A stretch of 64,000 bases of DNA from Rhynchobatus australiae (lineage: Eukaryota). Shown piece after piece: positions 49,501-62,409 of the stretch. The position numbers and the translations under genes are program-made. Position 1 is the first letter of the stretch, and every line of letters begins with the position of its first letter. Location of the stretch: assembly GCA_034780895.1 (NCBI GenBank), contig JAUZTB010000070.1, positions 12,971,703 through 13,035,702 on the forward strand, in the 5' to 3' direction. The notes beneath the pieces were generated by a model. That model had not been told where the DNA came from, made no database searches, and worked only from the letters and a program-made list of their open reading frames with translations.

Positions 49501-52500
49501 CATGTCTCTCACTGATACCAGTTTGAATCAACAAATCCAAGGAATTGCCTGAGAAGTGGCAGATGGATTTTATCGTGAAGTTAAACATTGAAGCAGGAAA
49601 TATGTGTATATAGTGAATCTGTGTCCATTAACAAAAGTGGGGAAAGAAAAGGATTTTGATATGATTGTTATCCACTGAAGCTTCCAGTCAAAGTAAAGCT
49701 GTTTTCAACAACACAGATCAAATACCATAATGTATCTTCAGGGTATTTGACTATGTGTCAAAACGAGTAATTCTATCCTTTTAGGGTTATTGTTAAGGCC
49801 GCATTTGGAATATTGTCTGGAAAGGCATTGGTAAATTAAGAGTTACACCTCAGTGTCAATTGAATGGTTAAGGGTTAGAATGCTGTACTGCAGAGTAACT
49901 TCTAGTTTACTGTATGTTTCTATTTGTACCCTTCTGACATTAATCCATTGGTAATATTTCACGGATCAGGATGATTAAGTGATTTTATGCTCTAACTTGT
50001 AGTCTGACACATTTACAACCGAACCTGTCTCATTGGAAAAAAGATTAAAGGGAAATATTAAGACGAGAGGGAAAAGGCTGAGAAGTATGTAGCAGTAAGC
50101 AGACAATTTTTCTTAAATTGTGATTTCAGGCTTTGGGATTAACCTCAAATGGTTTCAGGCACTTTTTCCCTTCCTGGGGAATAGCAGACATTTAGATCGG
50201 CTACCCATCAGAAGTGGCAAAAGTAATGTTAAACTAACATANNNNNNNNNNNNNNNNNNNNNNNNNNNNNNNNNNNNNNNNNNNNNNNNNNNNNNNNNNN
50301 NNNNNNNNNNNNNNNNNNNNNNNNNNNNNNNNNNNNNNNNNGTAATGTTAAACTAACATAAATAGATTAGGAGGTAGAAAATTAAATTATATGGACTGAA
50401 ATTGCAGAACAGAGATGGTCACACTTTTATGCTTCGGAGGAGCATTTTCAGGTTGAAGCAGAAGATTGGGCTGAGACTCTGCTGGCGTTCCATGCATGTG
50501 ACGTTCTCACAGATGGGGGCCACGGTCATGTACAATGACATCAAAAAACTGTACAGTTGTCTGAGATCACCTCTGAAAACTTCCATTGTATATGTGAGTC
50601 TGGCAGACAACAGGATCTTAAATTGAAACATAGAGGTTTGAAATCCATCTAGGCAACAGTTTTGCTGCCAGGGAGTCCAGAATGTCCATATTAACCCTGC
50701 TTAATTTTCCTCTCATCAAAGTCTATTATCACTTCACTTGAACATATACTTGAACTTCGCAGTGACATATAGTCACTTCACTATCCACCATCCACCTCTC
50801 CCAATACCAGCACTAAGATCTTGAAACATCCTCACACCCATNNNNNNNNNNNNNNNNNNNNNNNGCAGATCATCTGCCTGAATCCCTACACCCACCACTT
50901 AGGTCTCAACCCTCCCCCTGACACTCTGCCCTCCTCACCATCCAACCCAACCTTGGGCTCCCAAGTCTCAATCCCCTCTCTGACTCCAGGCTCTTGCTCC
51001 TAATCCCTTTACAAGCTTTCCTCACCCAATCCTCTTCCCATACCCCCATTGTGTCTTCTCCAATATTTCATTCATTTTTCCATTCTCCGCAACAGTGGAA
51101 GACATTCTTACATGCACAATCTCATAGGCCTTGTCTGTGTTAGAATGCTCAAGCCTGGGAGTTTTGCACTGGGACAGGCTAATTGTATCTTAGCTTGTGT
51201 AAGCCTCTTCTAAAGAAAGATAGATTAGAAAATTACCAGTACTGGGACGAAAGGTAAAAGAGCTCCGAGCCTTCAGCAATCCATATCATCAACTCCTGAC
51301 ACACAGCATTCACAGTTACACCCCAGGAAGAAATCACTTAGCCCATAAAGACTGCCAGCACTTTGATAGAGTAAGTTAACCATTCCACACAATCCCCATA
51401 ATCTTCATTTGTCTGTGCAAAATACTAAATGCCTATTATTTAAACTGCTATTTCAGCAGTTTTTGGCTGTGGTGCCTGCTGTCCAATACATATGTTCCAT
51501 TTATTGCTATCTAACTTTCTATGTCAATGTAGAAAGATAATAATAAACAGGGTATAGGGTTGGGTGTCACCTGTTGCAGGTGTTACCTTGGGGGTGGATT
51601 GGGAACCTTATCATTTTTTACCTCTTATATTCTTGGCACTCCACATCTCCTGGCAAACTATCTCCAAGGCCCAAATGTTAGGACAGGTCCAAACAGCTCA
51701 GAGAATGCCAGTGTGTGTTGCCCCCGGTGTATAGATGAGTGGTGGAATCTGGGGGAAATTGATGTGAGTGGATTACAGGCAAAATTAGTGGGGGAATGGC
51801 ATTGCTCTGTGTTGCCAGCATTGACCTGCAGGGCTGAATGGCCTCCTATATTGCATGGCAACATGGAAGGAAGGGCTTCAGTGCCGCAGACTTGCCTTCC
51901 CAGTTGCAAGCAGTGCTCTCCCTGTGATAGACGTTGTCTGCAGGAGGGGCTGTGCTGAAGTAGAAGGGAAAACCCGGTGTTCGCTACCCTCCAGCAGAAC
52001 AAAGGCAGGTCTCCTGTCACATCCCCAGGTGGGCGCGCCTCAGTCCAGACTTGCAGCTCCTGGGACTGGGCGGGTGGATATGAAGTGCCCCGGGCGTGGT
52101 TACAGCTACCTCTCTGCCTTCAAAAGAAATTCCTCTTTCTCCTTCAAACAGCAACCTGCCCTCAGAATACCCACAGGAATTCCCACACTGAAAGTAAGCT
52201 AGCAGCTGCCAGCAAGAGTTCCAAAAGGGCACCAGAAATGCAGCAGGGGGTGATACAAGAATGCAGAAAAAACAGCAAAACAAAATCTTTATAAGCACTA
52301 ATAAAGTTGAACAAATCTTTAATAAACTCCCAAAGGCCTAACAACAAAATAATCCAGCAGTGCCTGTCCTGTTTTATGGGGAAGCAGCACAAACAGGTGA
52401 AGTGTCAGTGAGTCAGGTGTGGGACCAAAGTGCAAGAGGTCTATGAAACCCCGAGCCAGAATGAAACCCTCGCCCACTTGTTATAGAGTTTGCAGAATGC

Positions 52501-53577
52501 TGGAAAAAGTCTGCTTGCTGAAGTCAGCACCTCATAAATTGAGAGCTTCAACCAGAACGATCCTTCCCAATATGTGGGGGTGTGCTCCCTTGCTGAAACA
52601 GCTTTACTATAACAAATATATTAAAACTGCACAATACTTAAAAACAAAAGAATTAAACTCAGCTCACAAGGGATTAATATACTATCATCAGACTCTGACA
52701 AGCAACAGGATTTTTGCCTAAAACAGTTTTTACTCTTGGGGGACAATTAAGATGATTTGTTATACATGACCACCTGCAACATCTAGATTGGATGCAAATG
52801 CCAGAGCAAACATCTACAGGAGAATTTGATAATAAGCACAAATAATGAGATGGAATACAGATACGCAATTACTCAGCACATGGGTTCGAGCTACCTGTTA
52901 ACACGCCAGCAAAACGTGATTCACCCAAGAACAAAATCTCCTCACTTTGATTAATTCCCAGATCACTCAACAGTTCCAACTGACAATCTTAGTTATTTCC
53001 TTCTTTCTGACTTATTATAACTTCCATATTAACATCAGTTACTGAAGCAAATACAACAATAAAATGACCAAAATTTCTCAATTTCTCACAGGCTATGAGT
53101 ACAAAAATGACAACATTTCATCCGATAACTGCTGAGCAGCGCCACTTTCTGCTCCACTGACCAGATTCCTCTGCCAGGATTGCAGCAAGAAGATTATTCT
53201 GTCCTTTTGCCAGCATCCACATTCACATCCCAACCGGAGTTCCTGTATGGTTGTTGGGAGGAGGAATCCTGCGTGATGTTTTCACAGATCTCTGTCATTC
53301 TGTCGCCTTGGTACAGAACCAGCTGTAGCATCCCCAGATCTGAGATCCTCTAAGACCAGGAGTTGGTCCTGGGATCCTCCTGGAGAAATGCATGTGGTCA
53401 TGGCAAAACTATATTAATATCCTGTATGGAATCCTAATGGAAGCTTGAATGGAGGAGGGGAAGTGGGAAAACATTGAAGGGGGATTTCAAAAGGTGCACA
53501 CTTTCATGGAAATTAGAAAATAAATAATTTATATTTACACTGCCTTATTATGTCCTCTGTACTATAACAGATTTTGG

Positions 53578-53860
53578 ATTAATCAAGATTAAGATTAAGA
53601 TTTCTTCATTAGTCACATGTACATCAAAACACACAGTGAAATGTATCTTTTGCATAGAATGTTCTGGGGGCAGACCGCAAGTGTCGCCACGCTTCTGGCG
53701 CCAACATAGCATGCCCATATCTTCCTAACCCATACATCTTTGGAATATGGGAGGAAACCAGAGCACCTGGAGGAAACCAATGCAGTCATGGGGAGAACGT
53801 ACAAACTTCTTAAAGACAGCGGCCAGAATTGAACCTGGGTCGCTGGCGCTGTAATGAAAC
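53578..53860 (-). mobile_element. tRNA-derived SINE with Rex1-like tail
   Basis: Same head and core as 7003; ends ttcactgtgtgttttgatgtacatgtgactaat followed by (aatctt)n. Confidence 0.85.
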
Positions 53861-56044
53861 TCATTGTGCAGAGCACCACAATGTAAGATCCCACAAAGGA
53901 CAAATAATTGAATGACCAATGCATTTCTGGTAGGTAGATTGCAGGAAGAATGTTGGCCAAACTACTGTTCTTCTTTGTAAAATGCCACAGTGTCTTCTAT
54001 GCCCATCGGAGAAGGTCAATGAATCTTAGGTTGACATTTAACCTTGAAGTCAACAGAACTAAAAATGAAGCATGGAGTCAAACTCACCGCAACCAGAAAC
54101 AAGGCTCTCCGTTTGCAGTTGTAGGTTTTCTCTAATGGAACTTTATGGCATGTGGACAATGTTTTGTGCCTCATGTTTGTCCATCTGTTTCGGGCTCTAT
54201 AAGTCCTTCAGAGGACTGCCCTCTGAAGACTGCAATGTGACTGGGAACTATCTGATTTCAGTGTCAGGATGGTAGCAGACTGAGTTCAGAAGCCTCAGAT
54301 CTCTCACCTGTGTACATAAGCCTCTTGCCATTATTTGCAGAAACACAATCAGGAGATGGTGACCTTTACCTTTATCTGCAGATTCTGTAAGTCACCCTCC
54401 CACTGTATAACCTGCAGCTCCAGGCCTCAACCCAGCAACTAAGGAGCTTGCTACAAACTGAAACCATGCCAGATGTCACCATGAGTGCTAAAAGATGAAG
54501 ACATTCTTTTGTTATTGAGACAAGGCCGTAGTGAGACTCCAGTAACAAACAGTTTTTGGATATTGAAGGAAAGAGGTAACTTGAGACAACATCAAATTTA
54601 TCTTCCTCAGCTCTACCTGCATCATTTATGAGAAGGACAATGCCAGCACAAGGCAATGTGTCTCTTACAAAGCCTTGGCTGTCACTCAGAATGTCCAGCT
54701 AATAATACAGTTTTTATCTACTCTTACTGGGGGTAGGATGAGAGAGAAACATAAGCTAGCTTGCTTTCTCACAGGATATTCTCAAACCCGCAGGCTCTAC
54801 TAACTCAGATGGAAACATAAGAACAGAAGAAAAGCCAAGAACAAGAAAAGATCATTAGTCCATCAAAGCGCATCCCTCCAATACACTGTCATTTCAGTGT
54901 TTTGAATATCCCAAATGATAATGGGCTGGCAAATTCTTCCAAACATTTATCACTCTTTGTTATTCCAAATACCTTCATTAAATTTACTTAACAATTTTAA
55001 CGTACATCCTCCAGCCATATTTACTTGTTAGTCTGCTTTGAAATATTAGACTGTTTACCATTTCCAACTCCTTTAACAATTATCTCTTGGAATAAAATTT
55101 CTTTCTAGAACATTTAATTTCCCAAATCTTTCCTTACAGTTTATTCCCCTGCCATCAGTCTTGCTGCTTATTTTTACAGCTTTCTGAAGCTTGTGCTGTT
55201 TTGTGGTGTGGGCTGACTATTTCAAAAACTTCCCTGCCTCTTTTATCCTATTCACAGAAGGCTTTTCAGTCACTGAATCTTTTTTCATTCTACTCATCCA
55301 AAGCAGCCTCATCTCTTACTGTGCACTGGGACTGAATCCCTTCTGGACACATCTATGACCTTCTCTGCTTCACACATGACATCCTCCATTGTGGAATCTG
55401 TGCACATCTCAATTCACCACCTCGTGGTCTTACCTTGCCTGGGGTGTCAGTCATTGATTATCACAGTTCTGAGCATCCCTTACTGTGGAGCCTTATCCTG
55501 GTTCTTTGCTCCTGCATTTTCTAACTCCCAATGTCATCCGGACTCCAGAGTTGATGCACAATTGACTCTTGCCTTCCAAATCCTTGGCTCTGCCCAGTCA
55601 CTAACCTCTTCAACCAAAGGCAGCTTATGATCTGCAAACTGGCTGCCNNNNNNNNNNNNNNNNNNNNNNNNNNNNNNNNNNNNNNNNNNNNNNNNNNNNN
55701 NNNNNNNNNNNNNNNNNNNNNNNNNNNNNNNNNNNNNNNNNNNNNNNNNNNNNNNNNNNNNNNNNNNNNNNNNNNNNNNNNNNNNNNNNNNNNNNNNNNN
55801 NNNNNNNNNNNNNNNNNNNNNNNNNNNNNNNNNNNNNNNNNNNNNNNNNNNNNNNNNNNNNNNNNNNNNNNNNNNNNNNNNNNNNNNNNNNNNNNNNNNN
55901 NNNNNNNNNNNNNNNNNNNNNNNNNNNNNNNNNNNNNNNNNNNNNNNNNNNNNNNNNNNNNNNNNNNNNNNNNNNNNNNNNNNNNNNNNNNNNNNNNNNN
56001 NNNNGGCCCCAGTGGACTTTGGGAGATTCGGAGATTGTGTATTA

Positions 56045-57460
56045 GACCATAAGACTATAAGATATAGGAGCAGACTTTGGCTATTCGGCCCATCGATTCT
56101 GCGCCACCGTTCAATCAGGCAGAATGATATTTTTTTCTCAACCCCATTATCCTGTCTTTTAATGACCTGGCCTCCAGAGCCCACTGTGGCAACAAATTCC
56201 ACAGATTCACCACCCTCTGGCTGAAGAAATTCCTCCTCATCTCAGTTCTAAAGGGATATCCCTTTATTCTGAGGCTGTGCCCTTGGATGCTAGACTCTCC
56301 CACTAATGGAAACACCCTCTCCATGTTCACTCTATCCAGGCCTTTCAGTATTTGATAGGTTTCGATGAGATTGCTCTTCTTGCTTCTGAACTCCATCGAG
56401 TACAGGCCCAGAGACATCAAACACTCCTCCTACATTAATCCTTTCATTCCTGGGATCATTCTTGTGAACCTCCTCTAAACCCGCTCCAGGGCCAGCACAT
56501 CTTTCCTTAGATATAGGGTCTTAAATTGTTCACAATACTCCAAATGGAGTCAGACCAAAACCTTATAAAGCCTCAGCATAACATCCTTGCTTTTATATTC
56601 TAGTCCTTTCAAAATGAATGCTGACATTGCATCTGCCTTCTTTCCTACCAACTCAACCTGCAAGTTAACCTTAAGCGAATCCTGAACAAGGGCTCCCAAG
56701 TCCCTTTTCACCTCTGATTTCTGAATTCTCTCCCCGTTTAGAAAATAGTCCACGCCTTTACTCTTCCTACCAAAGTGCATAACCTCACACATCCTCAAGC
56801 TGTATTCCATCTGCCACTTCTTTTCCCACTCTCCTAACCTGTCCAAGTCCTTCTGCAGGCTCCTTGCCTCTGCAATATCACCTCTCTCCTCCGATCTTAA
56901 TATTGTCTGAAAACTTGGCCACAGTGCCATAAGTTCCTTCTTTCTCATCATTAAAGTATAAAGTGAGAAGTTGTGGTCCCAACACTGACCCCTGCGGAAC
57001 TCCACCAATCACTGAAAAGGTCCCCTTTATCCTCACTCTCTGCCCCTGCCAGCCAGCCAATCTTCTATCCATGTTGGTACCTTGCCTCTAACACCATGGG
57101 CTCTTATCTTGTTTAGCAGCCTCATGTGTGGCACCTTGTCAAAGGGCTTCTGAAAATCCAAGTAAATACCGTCCACTGACTCTGTTTTGTCTAACCTACA
57201 TGTTACCTCCTCAAAGAGTTCTAACAGATTTGTCAATCTTCCCTNNNNNNNNNNNNNNNNNNNNNNNCATATTTTATCATGTACTTCCAAGTACTCCTTA
57301 ATAATGGACACTGAGGTCAGGCGACCTGCCTTATAATTTCCTGTCTTTAGCCTCCCTCCCTTTTTAAACAGGGGTGTTATATTTGTGAATTTCCAATCAT
57401 CTGGAACCCTCCCTGCTTCCAGTGCCTCTTGTAAGATCACTACTAATGCCTCCAAAATCT
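56045..57460 (-). mobile_element. CR1 LINE ORF2 pseudogene (RT), longest copy in the window
   Basis: ORFs 57033..57629 (WKFTNITPLFKKG, LDFQKPFDKVPH), 56878..57072 (GVPQGSVLGP; catalytic FADD reads FSDN), 56550..57008 and 56115..56420 (RRNFFSQRVVNLWN). Confidence 0.95.
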
Positions 57461-57739
57461 CTTCAAACCGACCCCTTTGTGGCAATTTTGCTAGATAAAT
57501 GGAGGTCCCTATTTTCTTTCTGTTATGTTGCACGTTGAAATCTGGCACCAGAGAAGAAGTTGCAATAACATTGCTGTTACAGGGCACCCCCCAGCCACTG
57601 CCAAAGGGGGTAAAGACAATACACTGCAATCTTACTCACCTGGCTCCTGTAACCCATCCACTGGTCTCCTTCACTTCTCATTCCCTGCTAAGTCTTTCTC
57701 ACTTCTCCGGCCCTTTAAAGAAAGACCTGATTTTAAAAA

Positions 57740-58310
57740 CATTTTTCACAACTTCACGACCTCTGCAAAACATTTACAGCCATTGAAGCAATTTCTGAAC
57801 AGTCCTCACCGGTGTAATGTAGGAACCATGGCAACAAACTCCTGCACAGCAAGCTCCCACAAAAAAATTGTGACAACAAATAAACAACCACAGAATGACA
57901 GGATGTTAGAATTGTACAGCACAGGAAAGGGCCCCTTCAGCCCCCACCCCGTCCGTGCCGACTGTGATGTCAACCTATACTAATCCCATTTACTGGCATT
58001 AGGCCTGTATCCCACTACTGGAGGTGCCAGTTTTAGCAGCATCCTCCATCCCTGCTCATATCATCATTCTAGTGACGTCCAATCGGGGTAAGTGTTGGTC
58101 TACATACTAAATATAACCTACTACCCTTTGAAATAGTGTCATCGCCTGAGAGAGCAGACAAGGTCCTCATTTAACATCCCACTCAAAAGTCACCATCTCC
58201 AACAGTGAGGGGTGGGGCACTGAAGCAGCAGCCTCGCTGTTGGTTTTCTAATCTCTGGAGTGGCGTTTGAACCCAGCCAGAGTCAAGAGTGGTACCAGCT
58301 AAGCCAACGC
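57740..58310 (-). mobile_element. Deu-domain SINE (SacSINE1-like) interrupted by a CR1-type tail at about 57885-58015
   Basis: tgtaatgtaggaaccatggcaacaaactcctgcacagcaagctcccaca core; ctctggagtggcgtttgaaccca head; homologous to 13200-13770. Confidence 0.7.
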
Positions 58311-59130
58311 TGATGTGGTCCCTACACCACCTCTGCATTTCTTTTTTATATCTTCTTTTTGCCAATAAACTCCTTCACAGCCCGACCTCCTTATATTCTT
58401 TGGTATTATGTTCTTTATGTTCTCCATGTTCTCTAACCTTCTGCACACGTCCATCAGCCACCAACCACCCCGCTCTGTGCTCCACCTTCTCTCAGCTCCA
58501 CCTTCAGCTGATGATATGTGGTCTGAAAGCCCCCCAGTAAATCCATCTGCCTCTCTCCATCTTAGGACACAATTTGAAAGCTCAACGTCTTTAGTAAAGC
58601 TTTCAGTCACCTTGTTTAACTCTCCCACAAAGGTTCACCATCTGTTTTTCCACTTCTTTTGNNNNNNNNNNNNNNNNNNNNNNNNNNNNNNNNNNNNNNN
58701 NNNNNNNNNNNNNNNNNNNNNNNNNNNNNNNNNNNNNNNNNNNNNNNNNNNNNNNNNNNNNGTTCACCATCTGTTTTTCCACTTCTTTTGTCAACTACCA
58801 TTTGTCTACCCAAATGCATAATTAATTTAAATCCTTCTGCCAGTTTTAGCTGCATCCTCCATCCCCACTGCTTCTCCTATATTAGCATCATCATTAAACT
58901 TGACAGGCCTACAGTCAGTGTTCATATACAGGATGCTGATACAGATTAGGAAGAGCAGGACTGTTCTCCCCTGTGACCAATAGTTACTCTTTGTTCCCAA
59001 CCTCTTAAGCCAACATTTTATTGAATCCTATGTACTGCATATTATTTCTCTGATTAAAAACACTTCATGTCAAACTTCAGCAAAGTACATTTGCAAGTCC
59101 AAGACTTCTCAGGCATTTCTTTGAGGATCT

Positions 59131-59350
59131 TATGCTATTACAGCGCCAGCGATCGCAGTTCGATTCCTGTCGCTGTCTGTAAGGAGTTTGTATGTTCTCC
59201 TGTGTCTGCATGGGTTTCCTCCAGATGCTCCAGTTTCCTCCTACATTCCAAAGACGTATGGGTAGGTTAACATGGGTTTAAAATGGGTGGCATGGACTCG
59301 TTGGGCCGGAAGGGCCTATTACTATGCTGTAAATAAAATTTAAAATTTAA
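59131..59350 (+). mobile_element. tRNA-derived SINE with CR1-type tail
   Basis: gttcgattcc B box; tail gggccggaagggcctattactatgctgtaaataaaattt. Confidence 0.85.
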
Positions 59351-59616
59351 ATAAAACTATTGTCAAAATACTGTGCAGGCACTGAAGTTTGTTTGTCAGA
59401 AACAAGACTTTTCCATTGTCTCTACCTAATAAAGTCACCCGCCACACAAATACAAAGAATCTTGATTCAAAACACCCCAGCAATTATTAATACATTCACC
59501 TGTAAAGTGGTTGAGGCTGAACATTTACGGGCCTCCCAGTGCAGCAGTGCCAGAAAGTAAATGTACCTGGCTCTCAGCTTTGTCCCACTTGACCTGAGGC
59601 TGAACTTCTCATGTGT

Positions 59617-59745
59617 GGAGACACAGGAGACTGCAGATGCTGGAAGCTGGAGCAAAAAAATACTGCAGGAGGAACTCAGCGGGTCAGGCAGCATCTGTAG
59701 AGAGAAATGGACAGTTGACGTTTCAGATCGAGACCCTTCTTCCGG
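59617..59745 (-). mobile_element. Penelope-derived terminal fragment with hammerhead remnant
   Basis: Minus strand cggaagaagggtctcgatctgaaacgtcaactgtcc. Confidence 0.8.
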
Positions 59746-59977
59746 GTTTCAAATATGTGACAGTGTTAATCTTCAATGATTGCAATCAGAAAGCTGCAAA
59801 TGGGTGAACAACTGCTGCACTTATGGGTGCCCTGGGAAATAAATTGGACATTGTTTAAAAGAACACACGTGGACTTCAATGTGTGATTAACCTGTGTCTG
59901 TTCAATCTGATATAGACAGCATGTGAAAATTACCCTGCCTGCTCATTATCATGATTGCAAAGCACAGCCAATTGTGA

Positions 59978-60595
59978 CAGTTCTGGGAAAAGGTCTCAGA
60001 AATGAAATGTTAACTATTTATTTCTCCACAAATACTGCCTGACCTGCTGAGAGTTTCCAGATTTTTGTTTTTAGACCATATGTTATAGGAGCAGAATTAG
60101 GCCATTCAGTCCATTGAGATTTCAATCATGGTTGATTTTTTTTTCAACCCCACTCTCCCACCTTCTCCCTGTAACCCTTAACCCCCTCACCAATCAAGAC
60201 CTTATCAATCTCTGCCTTAAATACACCCAATGACTTGGTATCCACAGGCCTCTGTGGCAACGAGCTCCACAGATTGACCAGCCTCTGGCAGAATAAATTC
60301 CTCCTCACCTCAGTTTTAAAGGGATGTCCCTTTATTCTGAGGCTATGCTCTCAGATCCTAGACTCTCCTACTAATGGAAACTTCCTTTCCACATCCACTC
60401 TATCCAGGCCTTTCAGTATCTGGCAGGTTTCAATGAGATTCCCCCCTCATAAGGACAAACTCCATCAAGTACAGGCGCAGAGACATCAGATGCTCCTCAT
60501 ACGTTAAGCCTTTCATTCCTGCGATCATTCTTCTGAACTTATGAATTCTTGTTTTTATTTTAGATTTCCAGCATCTATAGTTTTTGATTTTCATG
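59978..60595. mobile_element. Penelope-derived element (plus) split by a CR1 3' fragment (minus, about 60073-60540)
   Basis: Element stops at gtttccagatttttgttttt and resumes attcttgtttttattttagatttccagcatct; the CR1 part closely matches 56045-56470. Confidence 0.8.
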
Positions 60596-61111
60596 AACAA
60601 TACTATTGTTTGCCTTATCACATCATGAAGAGTTGAAAGTTTGTCAATGACTAGCACCAGCATCTCCTCAAGTTATCTTGCAACTTCCAGGGGAGGAGCA
60701 CTGTACTGGTAGCATCTGGTAGAAGTCAACATAGACATTACTGCAACTTTCTCGAAAGCACGTGGCTCATAATAAGAGGGAGCTGGCTGCAAATTTTTTC
60801 AGTTGATGCCTTGGGAGTCTTGAGAAAGGAGAAGAGAAAAGATGTTTTCCATCTGCTTCACCTCAGAGAGTGAAGCCAATGAGTGGGGTTGAGTCTGGGC
60901 TGGTAGCAGAACTCAACCTCGTGCTGGATTTGGAATTCATTGAGACGGGGATTCCAGGGCAAGAGGCTGAGGACTAGGCATTTGGGATCAGAAGGGAAGA
61001 TCACAAGGAACTGTGAAAACACAGCAAGTAGGAAAACCAGGGAAGAGCAATGATCAAAGGAAAGTGAAGGGAAGAAGAAAGATCTGGAGGAGTTTTGGAA
61101 TTCAGGTTGTA

Positions 61112-61372
61112 AATTAAATTAAATATTTTAAATTTCATTTACAGCGTGGTAACAGGCCCTTCTGGCCCAATGAGTCCGTGCTGCCCATTTTAAACCCCAT
61201 ATGAACCTACCCGTACGTCTTTAGAATGTGGGAGGAATCCGAAGCACCAGGAGGAAACACACGCAGACATGGGAGAATGTACAAACTCCTTACAGACAGC
61301 GATGGGAATCGGACCCCGATCCCTGGTGCTGTAATAGCTTCGCACTAACCATGACGCTACTGTGCTGCCCCA
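61112..61372 (-). mobile_element. Full-length tRNA-derived SINE with CR1-type tail
   Basis: Complete head (ggggcagcacagtagcgtcatggttag on minus), core and tail; CpGs retained. Confidence 0.9.
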
Positions 61373-61687
61373 CGCTACCGTACCGTTCTTTTGAAGTTTG
61401 GGATCCCTGTCACCCGAAAGGAAGGAAAAGAGTTTTGTGTAGAAGGACCTGGTATGGCAAAGTATGAGGTAAAACTGTGGATCAGGACAACTGTGAGAAG
61501 GAAGGAATCAGTGCAACTGGAGAGAGAGGTTGAGAACATGCACGTGTTGACGCATTGCATAAGGTAGGGGTTTTAGGATATGAGAAAACAATGATTTGAG
61601 TAATTGTGAGTATCTTGGACATACCTGTAATCATAGTTGGATCTGAGATCCAAAGGGTGAGATTTCAATTAGAATCCATGTGGAAAA

Positions 61688-62375
61688 GAATCAGAATCAG
61701 GCTTATTATCACTGATGTATGTCATGAAATGAGCTGTTTTGTGGCAGCAGTACAGTGCAAGACATAAAGACGTAAAAATTCTATAAGTTACAAGAATAAG
61801 TAAATAGTGCAAAAGAGGAATAATGAGGTAGTGTTTATGGGTTTATGGACCGTTCAGAAATCTGATGGCGGAGNNNNNNNNNNNNNNNNNNNNNNNNNNN
61901 NNNNNNNNNNNNNNNNNNNNNNNNNNNNNNNNNNNNNNNNNNNNNNNNNNNNNNNNNNNNNNNNNNNNNNNNNAGAAATCTGACGGCGGAGGGGAAGAAG
62001 CTGTTCCTGAATCATTGAGTGTGGGTCTTCAGGCTCCTGTACCTCCTCCCGATGGTGGTAACGTGAAGAGGGCACGTCCCGGGTGGTGAGGGTCCTTAAT
62101 AATGGATGCCAGCTTCTTGAGGCACCAGCTTTTGAAGATGTCCTCGATGGTGGGGAGAGCTGTATCCGTGATGAAGCTGGCTGAGTTTACAACCCTCTGC
62201 AGCATCTTTCGATCCTGCACATTGGACCCTCCATACAAGACTGTGATGCAACCAGTCAGAATGCTCTCCACTGTACATCTGTAGAAATTTGCAAGTCTTT
62301 GGTGACGTACCAAATCTCCTCAAACTCCTGATGAAGTAGAGCCGCTGGCGTGCCTTCTTCGTGATTGCAACCAGA
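61688..62375 (-). mobile_element. Rex1/Babar LINE, RT C-terminus and 3' end
   Basis: KKARQRLYFIRSLRRF and NFYRCTVESILTGCITV...LQRVV...IIKDPHHPG; (gattct)n tail. Confidence 0.92.
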
Positions 62376-62409
62376 GGCACTCACCATGGAAACAAATGTA
62401 GCTGTGGTA

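Noticed and set aside
59131-59200. tRNA-like A/B boxes
   Set aside because: SINE heads; no complete cloverleaf
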